NCBI GenBank assembly: GCA_947588905.1
Contig: CANQBB010000001.1
Location: 6,789-70,788, forward strand
Length of the DNA: 64,000 nucleotides
Direction: 5' to 3'
Origin: an uncultured Clostridia bacterium
Lineage (GTDB): Bacteria > Bacillota > Clostridia > TANB77 > UBA1234
In this document: piece by piece, positions 19,409-27,827 of the stretch
Position numbering within the stretch: position 1 is the first letter of the stretch
Layout: each line of letters begins with the position of its first letter
The notes under the pieces: model-generated
Told to the model about the DNA's origin: nothing
Database searches by the model: none
Seen by the model: the letters and a program-made list of their open reading frames with translations, nothing else
Made by a program: the position numbers and the translations under genes

Positions 19409-19594
19409 ATCTTTGTTACATGCAAGTTATATTTTAGCCTATTTTTAGCACATTGTCAAGAAAAATATACCTATCAAAAGAAAAAGTTTTGTGAAAAATA
19501 GTGTAAATGCAAGCAATTAGTGATACAATTATTTAATCATATCATGTATATGAGATATAAAACAAGGTAAATTATAATATAAAAGGAGTCTTAT

Positions 19595-20326
19595 ATGTTA
19601 GAATTTATAAATGTTACTAAACAATTCGATACTGTTACAGCCGTAAAAAATGTGTCTTTTAGCTTAGATGCTAGTAAAGTTCTTGGCATCGTTGGCAGAA
19701 ATGGAGCTGGAAAATCTACTATATTTAGAATGATTTTGAACCTTATAGAACCAACATCTGGTGAAATTAAATTTAATGGTGAAAAAATCAGCAATGATGT
19801 ATTAAATCAATTTGGCTATTTACCTGAAGAAGGTAGCATAATGCCTCAATATACAGTTTTAGATATATGTGAATATTATGGAGCATTAAAACTAATGACT
19901 AAAGATGAGGTATATAATAATTTAACTGCTTGGCTTAATGAATTTAATATTTTAGAATATCTTAATGTTAAAGTAAAAAAGCTTTCTAAAGGGAATAGAC
20001 AAAAAGTACAATTTATTGTATCAGTATTGCATAATCCAGATTTTATTATACTAGATGAACCATTTTCTGGTTTAGATCCTATAAGTGTCGAAGAGCTTGA
20101 GAAAGCAATCTTAAAATTAAAAGAGCAAGGTAAGACAATCATATTTTCTTCTCATATTATGAGTCATGTAGAAAATATTTGTGATGAAATTTTAATGATA
20201 AATAAAGGCGAATCTTTGTTGCAAGGCAATTTAAAAGATATAATTTCAAATTATAAAATAAACGAAAAGCCTGCTAATTCTTTAAATGATATTTTTATAG
20301 ATAAGGTGGGTGAAATTGATGAATAA
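19595..20326 (+). CDS. ABC transporter ATP-binding protein
   Basis: Walker A GRNGAGKST, signature LSKGNRQK, Walker B ILDEP. AAGGAG RBS. Confidence 0.8.
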   Translation: MLEFINVTKQFDTVTAVKNVSFSLDASKVLGIVGRNGAGKSTIFRMILNLIEPTSGEIKFNGEKISNDVLNQFGYLPEEGSIMPQYTVLDICEYYGALKLMTKDEVYNNLTAWLNEFNILEYLNVKVKKLSKGNRQKVQFIVSVLHNPDFIILDEPFSGLDPISVEELEKAILKLKEQGKTIIFSSHIMSHVENICDEILMINKGESLLQGNLKDIISNYKINEKPANSLNDIFIDKVGEIDE

Positions 20327-22514
20327 TGATAAGGTTAAAGAAATAATAAAATTTTCTTTTATTAAAAATATACAAAACAAATGGTTTATTATTTTTAATA
20401 TTTTAACTTTAATTAGTATAGTTCTAATGGTAAATTGGAGTTCTATATCTAATTTATTCAAACCTAAAGATGAATTAAAAGTATTTGATATAGTTTTGAT
20501 AGATAATAGTAATCTAGTTTATGATAGTTTTGTCGAAAAATTTTCTGATGATAAAAATTATAAGCTAACTAAATCTACAGAAAATACTTATACAGCAGAA
20601 AATATACCTGATGATTTAGTTATTTTAGAAGTCACACCTGATGAAGAAAAAATGTTCACCACATCAGTTATTTCAAAAGAAGGTATCGAAACAACAAAAT
20701 ATAATCCTATCAAAGACACTCTTTTAGATGTTAGAAATAAACTATTTGCAGAAAAATATAATGTTACTGATGAAGAATTAGATATATTTCAAAGTGATTT
20801 AGAAATAAATAGAATTATGCTTTCTGTCAATGCAGAAAATTCTACCACGAAAGAATTTATAAAATTATTTTCATCTGCTTTCACTTATATAATTACAGTT
20901 TTTATATTTTCTAAAATGGCAAATGAAATTGCTAGCGAAAAGCAATCGAAATCAACTGAATATATTTTAACAACCGTATCATCAAAAGAATATTTATTTG
21001 CAAAAATATTTAGTAACATCGCTATTTTGCTTGTTCAAGGTCTTTTCTTAATTGTATATTATTATATTGCTGCAATTATTTTTAATTTAATAAATATTGC
21101 TTCAACTGATTTAAGCCTTTCAACTGTAACATTTTCAAGCATATTAAGTAAAGATATTGTATATTATATTTTAGCTTTGATTATTTATAATGTATTAAAT
21201 TTAATATTACTTTGCATTATTCAAGCAACCGTTTCTTCAAAAGTTAATTCAACTACTGAAGCAGGTAATACTGTATCTTTACTCATATTTGTAATATTAC
21301 TTGCATATGTTGCAACTGTTTATATTATAACACCATATACAAAAATGAATTTATGGGTATATATTGTGTCTTGCATCCCAGTATTATCAGCATATTTTGT
21401 ACCAGCCATGATGGTCATTGGTCAGGCTACAATATGGCAAATTATAATATCTTTAGCTATATTGATTGCATCAATACCTATATTATTTCATTATAGTGCT
21501 AAAACATTTAAAAATGGAATTTTAGATTATACTAAAGTCAAAATCAAAAATAAGAAAGAAAAAACTTTAGAAGAACAACAGAAAATATATTTAACAAAAC
21601 GAAAAATGCAAAATGTAGGTTTTGTTATAGGCATTGCAATAATAATTTATTTTGGTTTACAAACAGTTTTAACATTATTGTGTGGAATAGTACTACCAAC
21701 CTTATTTAGCAATTTATCTGAAACAGATATAACTTTAATAATGCAAATTATTTTACAAGTAATCTCATTAGGAGTATCTGCATTTTGGATATTATCTTAT
21801 GTTGAAAATAAAAAAGAAAAACGCAAAAAAGTAAATTTGAAAAATAAAATCTGTATAATTTTAATTGCTTTATTACTAATATTTGGTTTGCAATATTTAC
21901 TTAACTATCTTCTTTATCCTGCCATAGGTTTAGATTATTCTACCACTGATGTATTTGATATAAGTTCAAATTCAAGTTTACTAAGTAAAATTATATTCAT
22001 ATTAGCCATTAGTGTAACACCTGCAATATTCGAAGAATTATTCTTTAGAAAAGCTGTTATATCATTTACAAAACAATATGGAACTACCTTTGCTTTAATC
22101 TTTTCAGCCTTATTATTTGGAATGCTTCATATGAATTTATCACAATTTTTATTTGCTTTCATAATAGGAATTGTTTTTGGAATGATTTACTTGTACACAA
22201 ACGATATAAAAATTACAATGTTTATTCACTTTATAAACAACGGTCTTGCCGCCATTGAATTGATATTACCAGAATCATATGGAATTATAATAGTTCTTAT
22301 ACTATTAGTATGTTTAGTACTAGGACTTGCTTTAGCTCTAATTATGCTATCTAAGAAAAGATATGGAGAAAAGTTCAAAAATATTTGTCTTAAAAAAGTT
22401 TCTTTATCATCTTTTAACTCAAAATATAAATATATATTTACTGATTATACATTTGATATTTCAATGATTTTAGTTGTTCTTATGAGCATACTAACTGAAA
22501 ATATGTTAAGATAA
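20319..22514 (+). CDS. ABC-2-type permease fused to a C-terminal CPBP (CAAX protease / Abi) intramembrane domain
   Basis: The ATG at 20319 follows an AAGGTGGG RBS and overlaps the ATPase stop. The N-terminal permease half has about 6 TM helices. The C-terminal half carries CPBP motifs FEELFFRKAV, FGMLH and HFINN. Confidence 0.6.
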   Translation: MNNDKVKEIIKFSFIKNIQNKWFIIFNILTLISIVLMVNWSSISNLFKPKDELKVFDIVLIDNSNLVYDSFVEKFSDDKNYKLTKSTENTYTAENIPDDLVILEVTPDEEKMFTTSVISKEGIETTKYNPIKDTLLDVRNKLFAEKYNVTDEELDIFQSDLEINRIMLSVNAENSTTKEFIKLFSSAFTYIITVFIFSKMANEIASEKQSKSTEYILTTVSSKEYLFAKIFSNIAILLVQGLFLIVYYYIAAIIFNLINIASTDLSLSTVTFSSILSKDIVYYILALIIYNVLNLILLCIIQATVSSKVNSTTEAGNTVSLLIFVILLAYVATVYIITPYTKMNLWVYIVSCIPVLSAYFVPAMMVIGQATIWQIIISLAILIASIPILFHYSAKTFKNGILDYTKVKIKNKKEKTLEEQQKIYLTKRKMQNVGFVIGIAIIIYFGLQTVLTLLCGIVLPTLFSNLSETDITLIMQIILQVISLGVSAFWILSYVENKKEKRKKVNLKNKICIILIALLLIFGLQYLLNYLLYPAIGLDYSTTDVFDISSNSSLLSKIIFILAISVTPAIFEELFFRKAVISFTKQYGTTFALIFSALLFGMLHMNLSQFLFAFIIGIVFGMIYLYTNDIKITMFIHFINNGLAAIELILPESYGIIIVLILLVCLVLGLALALIMLSKKRYGEKFKNICLKKVSLSSFNSKYKYIFTDYTFDISMILVVLMSILTENMLR

Positions 22515-22563
22515 AAAATACAGCATTAAAATAGCTATGTTAAAACTATTTTAATGCTGTTTC

Positions 22564-23823
22564 TTATATTTCTTTTATAACATCTTCCAATCCTTTAATC
22601 AAATTTTTCCCTGTACTAATATCATTTTGATAATGTTCCATTAAATATGGCTCTATATTATATTTTATTGTCATCTTTATATCTTGATTGGTCATTGGTT
22701 TGCAAAAATAAGAATGCCCTATTTTTGCATTATCTTCTAGATTTTTGTTTATACCCACTATTTCATTTATTACTTTAGTCATAGAATCATTTTTTAAATA
22801 AAATTGTTTAAATTTTTCGTTTTCAAACATTGGTAATATTGTGTAAAAACAAAATCTTCTTCTAAATGCATAATCTTTTTCAAAGCCACTATCAAAATTA
22901 TTCATTGTACCTATTATATAAATATTTTCAGGAACATAAAATCTCTCTCTTGAACATGCTAGTTCTATATAATTTTCTTTTCCTCTTTTATCTAACTCTA
23001 TTAAAGAAAATGCCTCTCCAAAAATTTTAGAAATATTTCCCCTATTTATTTCATCAATAATTACAAAATACTTATTTTCAGGGTCATTTCTAGCCTTATT
23101 ACATATTCTCTTGAAGCAACCTCTTTTATATTTATATATACCTATATCATCAGGTCTATACCCTTCCATAAATTCATCACTAGAGTACGTTTCATGAAAT
23201 TGTACACAAAGCATTTTTTCTTCATCTTTTTGTCCTAAAATAGAATATGCCATTCTTTTAGCAATATATGTTTTACCAACACCTGGTACACCTTGTAATA
23301 TAACATTTTTTCTAGTTAATATTAGAGAGCGAAGTTCATCATAATCTTCTTCTTTAAAGAAAACTTCTTCTAAAAACTTTTCTTTATCATAACTTTCATA
23401 ATATCTATATTGCTTTTGAGGATTTAATTCTCTTATCATGCTATATATTACTTCATATTCTCTTTGAGATAATTTAAATAAAGTTCCTTGAGTATATCTA
23501 AAAACTTCTAAATTTGCTAGTTCTATGTGACGTTCTATATTATATCTACTTACAGTATCAGTAACTCCCTCTACTTTTTCAAACATAACTTTGTTATTAT
23601 TTATTTCTTCAACAACCTTACATAATCCTATAATTTCATTACTTGGTTCCAGTTCATAAGCTATAACTAAAGAATCTTTCTTTATTTCTGCAAAATTTTT
23701 ATATAATGTTCTTGGAGTACCATCTTCATTTAATGCTGTATAATAAAATCTATCTCCTACATCTAAATCTCTAAATCGTATCATTTTAGGGTTTATGCTA
23801 AGCCACCAATAATTATTTATCAT
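22564..23823 (-). CDS. McrB-family AAA+ GTPase with an N-terminal EVE/PUA-like domain; no McrC partner
   Basis: P-loop LQGVPGVGKTYIAKRMA, FHETYSSDEF, DEINRGNISK, GTMNNFDSG, FRRRF. The N-terminal 140 aa (YWWLSINPKMIRF...) is EVE-like. It is flanked by a + strand gene, with a terminator upstream. Confidence 0.65.
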   Translation of the reverse strand: MINNYWWLSINPKMIRFRDLDVGDRFYYTALNEDGTPRTLYKNFAEIKKDSLVIAYELEPSNEIIGLCKVVEEINNNKVMFEKVEGVTDTVSRYNIERHIELANLEVFRYTQGTLFKLSQREYEVIYSMIRELNPQKQYRYYESYDKEKFLEEVFFKEEDYDELRSLILTRKNVILQGVPGVGKTYIAKRMAYSILGQKDEEKMLCVQFHETYSSDEFMEGYRPDDIGIYKYKRGCFKRICNKARNDPENKYFVIIDEINRGNISKIFGEAFSLIELDKRGKENYIELACSRERFYVPENIYIIGTMNNFDSGFEKDYAFRRRFCFYTILPMFENEKFKQFYLKNDSMTKVINEIVGINKNLEDNAKIGHSYFCKPMTNQDIKMTIKYNIEPYLMEHYQNDISTGKNLIKGLEDVIKEI

Positions 23824-23849
23824 ATAAATTCCTTCTTTTCTTTAAGTGG

Positions 23850-23878
23850 ATAATATCACGAAATACTACAATTTTCAA
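23850..23878 (-). promoter_or_regulatory. Sigma-A-type promoter for the McrB-like gene (TTGAAA, 17-bp spacer, TATTAT)
   Basis: Minus-strand reading ttgaaaattgtagtatttcgtgatattat, about 25 bp upstream of the RBS and ATG at 23823. Confidence 0.4.
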
Positions 23879-23891
23879 TGATTTTTAATTC

Positions 23892-23929
23892 AAAAATGAG
23901 GTTGTATTATTTTACAACCTCATTTTTTA
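23892..23929 (-). terminator. Rho-independent terminator (atgaggttgta...tacaacctcat) after the pilin-like gene
   Basis: 11-bp perfect stem and a T-run in the minus direction. It separates the pilin-like gene from the McrB-like gene. Confidence 0.55.
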
Positions 23930-23947
23930 ACTTATTTTATTATCTAA

Positions 23948-24883
23948 TTATTGATTAAAACTAGCTTCATATTTACTAACCCATATTCCAGTCAAATCTA
24001 ATACATTATCTCCAGTACCATATTGGAATGAACTTGGAAGGGTATATGTATCTCCATTAGCACTTGTCGTATCATTAGTTAAATTACTAAAAATTATTTT
24101 TGCACCAGTAGTTCCAACACTTGAAGTTGTATATCTAGGTATCCAAACATATGCACTACCCTCGGTAGTAACTTTTTTACCTACTAATTCTGAAAGTGAT
24201 GCTTTTCTAACTGCAGCATTATCAAATCCTTCAACTGCTAAATCATCTTTAAGCATAACATTTGCCCAAGCCATTTGCTCTTGTGAATAATCATACCAAT
24301 CAGTATCATCTGCACTTGTAACAACCCATTCACTTCCACTTAATTTAACAGGTACCATACCATCACTTAAAACTGGTTTATTAACTTTTTTAGCATCATC
24401 ATATTCAACATCTGATAGCACGTCTTTTCCTCCCCCCATATCTTTCTTTAAGTCATTTAGGGAATAATACACTTTATCTTGATACAATACACCGCTTATA
24501 GATACAACATTACCTTGCTCATAGTTTATAAGATAAGCTGCATTTACATTGTCTAGGCCTAATTGATCAAAATCACTTTCGTTGTCTAATAAATACCAAC
24601 CATCTGCACCAGAATATGTTTGCTTAGTACTTCCAACTCCTACTTCCATTGGTTCGTAGTCTAATCTACCAACATATGCATAAAAATCAGGGTTAATTTT
24701 ATGTACTAATGTCCTATTTACTACAGCATCGATAATTTCATGAACTTCATATGCAGTTTTAGTTTCCATAGCAACATCAGTATTTCTATTTAAACCATAA
24801 TATATTGTTACCGCTGCAAGTATAATAATAACTATTATTGTTATAATTAAAGCAACAATCGTTATACCTTTTTTATTTTCCAT
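23948..24883 (-). CDS. Degenerate type-IV-pilin-like protein (pilin-type N-terminal helix lacking Phe1 and Glu5) with a roughly 270-aa extracellular domain
   Basis: N-terminus MENKKGITIVALIITIIVIIILAAV follows the prepilin pattern KKGFTLVELL..I.I.GILAA, but with F changed to I and E changed to A. AGGAGG RBS. Confidence 0.45.
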   Translation of the reverse strand: MENKKGITIVALIITIIVIIILAAVTIYYGLNRNTDVAMETKTAYEVHEIIDAVVNRTLVHKINPDFYAYVGRLDYEPMEVGVGSTKQTYSGADGWYLLDNESDFDQLGLDNVNAAYLINYEQGNVVSISGVLYQDKVYYSLNDLKKDMGGGKDVLSDVEYDDAKKVNKPVLSDGMVPVKLSGSEWVVTSADDTDWYDYSQEQMAWANVMLKDDLAVEGFDNAAVRKASLSELVGKKVTTEGSAYVWIPRYTTSSVGTTGAKIIFSNLTNDTTSANGDTYTLPSSFQYGTGDNVLDLTGIWVSKYEASFNQ

Positions 24884-24941
24884 ATTATCCTCCTATACTT
24901 ACTATTCTTTAATTGCATTTTACTATAATCATTTTAAAAAA

Positions 24942-26690
24942 TCAATATTTAATGTTAAAATAATCATACTTAATTGCTAAATCATCTAATATTATTTTTT
25001 CTCTATCTGAGCAAGTAGCTATAATTATTTGCCTATTAGTATCCTTTAGGCAAGAAAGTATGTTTTTCAGTCTTACATCATCAAAATAAGCAAAACATTC
25101 ATCTAAAATAATAGGCAATTCTCCCAAATTTTTAGAGATTCCAAATCTAAATCCTAAATAAAATTGATCAATTGTACCAATACTTAATTTACTAACAGGG
25201 ACTAATTCCCCAAGTGAATTTTCTGCTAAGATTCCAGCTTCATTGTTATAATAAATTTTTTCATATCTATTATTTGTTGTTTCTTTTATTGATTGTTTAA
25301 TATTTTCTTCCATTTTGGGAATTACATCTTGTTTTAGTTCTTCATATGCTTCACTTAATTTATCAATAGCAATATTTATAACTTTTCTTCTAGTACTTAG
25401 CACATTCTTTTTTTCTTCAAGAGATGCTAATTGTTCTTCAACTTCTGATAATCTATCTATATTTTCTCTTAAACTTCCCTCTTCTATTTTTATTTTATGT
25501 CCATCCAAAATTAAATCATTCTTCTTTTTTTCTAATCCACTTATTAAAGATTTTAATTCTGATATCTTTCGTTCTATCAATGTTTCTTTTATTCCTTTTT
25601 GAATTAGCTTATCTAATTCTTTTTGTTCTTTTTTATTAACTTCTTCTTTTATAACTGTAAAATCTAAAACATGATTATCTTTTGAATCAATTTTATTACT
25701 ACATTTTAAAATTATAATTGCCAAAATAGCAAATACTATTTCTAAAATAATCCAATAATAATTTTTATAGTAGCACAATATTCCAGCAGTCAAAATTGCA
25801 AATAAAGAAATTATACTTAAAAATATTTTGAATTGTTTTTTTGATTTAGAAATTTTTTCTTGTTTTTCTTTTTCATTCACTTTTAAAGTTAATTCATATG
25901 TTTTTTCTTTTTCATTCAACAAATCGCTATATTTTTCTTTTATTTCTAAGATTTCCTTTATCTCTTCCATATCAGAATTTATCTTTTTTAATTGTTCTTC
26001 TATTCCCTTAGAACTTTCATCTAAAATATCTTTTTTATCTCTATTGTTTAGAAGGTTTAATCTTTGCTGTTTCTTTTCTAATATTTCTCTATCAATTAAA
26101 TTGATTGGCTTATTTTGAGATCTGTCAGTTCCTATCTCATCTAAAACCTTTTTTTGAAGTTTAGTTTTAATCTTCTCAAAAGATATATTTTCTTGACCAC
26201 TTTGAAGTATATTAGAAAGTTTTTGAACTATATTTTTTTGCGATTGCATATCAACAGAAATTTCTTTTTGATTTATAAGCAAGGTATTAACAAATGTTTC
26301 TTCATCAATACCCAAATGAGTCATTCCAAGCTCTACACCTCTTGTTTTATCTTTATTAAAGGTGTTTGTTATATCGTTTCCATTACTGTCATAAACTTTA
26401 CAATTATTTCTATTAAAATCTCTAAAAGCAGTATATGTTTTTCCATCAATTTCATAATCTATTTTTCCGCTAAAATCAATATCTTTCCATGGTTTAAATC
26501 TTTCAAATTCAGAAAATTCATTACCTGCTTTATTTCTATTTATACCATAAAAAATGCATTTAATAAAATTTATAATTGTTGATTTACCAGACTCATTTTC
26601 TCCATATAATAAGTTAAGTCCATTATTAAATTCTATAGTTTTATTTTCTAAATTACCAAAGCCATTGATTTGTATTTTTTTTATAATCAT
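24942..26690 (-). CDS. YhaN-like SbcC/Rad50-family ATPase with a coiled coil interrupted by a two-helix membrane hairpin
   Basis: N-terminal P-loop LLYGENESGKST. Long coiled coil. TM pair FKIFLSIISLFAILTAGILCYY / WIILEIVFAILAIIIL in the middle. C-terminal signature and D-loop region (ILDECFAYFDD). Its start overlaps the yhaO-like stop. Confidence 0.6.
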   Translation of the reverse strand: MIIKKIQINGFGNLENKTIEFNNGLNLLYGENESGKSTIINFIKCIFYGINRNKAGNEFSEFERFKPWKDIDFSGKIDYEIDGKTYTAFRDFNRNNCKVYDSNGNDITNTFNKDKTRGVELGMTHLGIDEETFVNTLLINQKEISVDMQSQKNIVQKLSNILQSGQENISFEKIKTKLQKKVLDEIGTDRSQNKPINLIDREILEKKQQRLNLLNNRDKKDILDESSKGIEEQLKKINSDMEEIKEILEIKEKYSDLLNEKEKTYELTLKVNEKEKQEKISKSKKQFKIFLSIISLFAILTAGILCYYKNYYWIILEIVFAILAIIILKCSNKIDSKDNHVLDFTVIKEEVNKKEQKELDKLIQKGIKETLIERKISELKSLISGLEKKKNDLILDGHKIKIEEGSLRENIDRLSEVEEQLASLEEKKNVLSTRRKVINIAIDKLSEAYEELKQDVIPKMEENIKQSIKETTNNRYEKIYYNNEAGILAENSLGELVPVSKLSIGTIDQFYLGFRFGISKNLGELPIILDECFAYFDDVRLKNILSCLKDTNRQIIIATCSDREKIILDDLAIKYDYFNIKY

Positions 26691-26699
26691 ATAGCACCT

Positions 26700-27746
26700 C
26701 TATTTCATCATTTGATATATTAAATCAACCGTTTTCATTGTTTCTTGCTTTTCTAATTCAGACATATTTTCCATTTCATCCAAAATCTTTTTTGTAAATA
26801 ATCCTTTTAGATTTTTCATTTGCTTTATATTTTCAAAATCATATGGCAATGTTGTACAATCTTTTATTTCACAAATATTTTTATTTTCTTCAGTTATACA
26901 CTCTATCAATTCATCTATATTAAAATTTCTAGTTCCACAAATTTCAATTTTATAAAATTTATTATCTTCAATCTTTAAACTTTCCATTACCTCATGTATG
27001 TTTGAATAATTAGAAATATCTAATTTTATTTTTTCAAATTCTTTATAGTCAAGAGGAACAAATTCTAAATCACATTTTTCCTTCGTTATCTCTCCTTTTA
27101 CGAAACCATGTTTTCCTTCTTCATCAAATCCACAAGATATTAAACTTCCAGGATAAATTATTCTAGAATCGTCAACATTTTTTTCATGTATATGTCCAAG
27201 TGCTACGTAGTCAAATTTATTTAAATCTTTTTCTTTAATGTCATGATACTTTCCATCTGCACCATTTAAAGTGCCATGTGTTACAAGAATATTTATTTTA
27301 TCTTCATTTTCAATTTTTATATTTGCTATTTCATTTGAAGAAAATTCATAATCATTAAATCCAATACCATAAATATCTACATCATCAAAACTAATCATTC
27401 CATATTCACTATTAAAAATAGTTACATTACTTGGCCAATCAAATGTGCTATATGGAGAATTTTTTATAAGTGGATCATGATTTCCTGGTGCAATAAAAAT
27501 ATTAGTATCACTAATCAATCCAAAATTAGAAATAATATATTCAATTGTACTTTTTTCAACATACTTTTGCTCAAATAAATCTCCCGAAATAAACAAAAAC
27601 TCAACTTTTTCTTTTTTTACAAATTGAATAACATCTCTAAATGCTTGCTTTTGTTCTATTCTTCTTTTCTTTATTAGTTCTCTATTTCCTTTAAATGAAA
27701 GCATTGGCATATCAAAATGCACATCGGCTATGTGTACAAACTTCAT
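26700..27746 (-). CDS. YhaO-like SbcD/Mre11-family metallophosphoesterase (nuclease subunit)
   Basis: Motifs MKFVHIADVHFD, GDLFE, GNHD, GHIH. 348 aa. AGGAGGA RBS. Confidence 0.7.
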   Translation of the reverse strand: MKFVHIADVHFDMPMLSFKGNRELIKKRRIEQKQAFRDVIQFVKKEKVEFLFISGDLFEQKYVEKSTIEYIISNFGLISDTNIFIAPGNHDPLIKNSPYSTFDWPSNVTIFNSEYGMISFDDVDIYGIGFNDYEFSSNEIANIKIENEDKINILVTHGTLNGADGKYHDIKEKDLNKFDYVALGHIHEKNVDDSRIIYPGSLISCGFDEEGKHGFVKGEITKEKCDLEFVPLDYKEFEKIKLDISNYSNIHEVMESLKIEDNKFYKIEICGTRNFNIDELIECITEENKNICEIKDCTTLPYDFENIKQMKNLKGLFTKKILDEMENMSELEKQETMKTVDLIYQMMK

Positions 27747-27827
27747 TATATCCTCCTAGTTTCTTTTTAAGTATAATAGTCATTTCAAACAAATTTTTAT
27801 TTCGTTCAAAATGACTATTATTAAACA

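Noticed and set aside
22564-24883. McrC partner for the McrB-like gene
   Set aside because: The adjacent 311-aa gene is pilin-like and secreted, not a PD-(D/E)xK protein. The other neighbour is on the opposite strand, so no McrBC system is called.
25315-26582. Plus-strand ORFs overlapping the YhaN-like gene (25315-25602, 25424-25639, 25828-26118, 26154-26582)
   Set aside because: Antisense artefacts of a K/E-rich coiled-coil coding region. No start signals.
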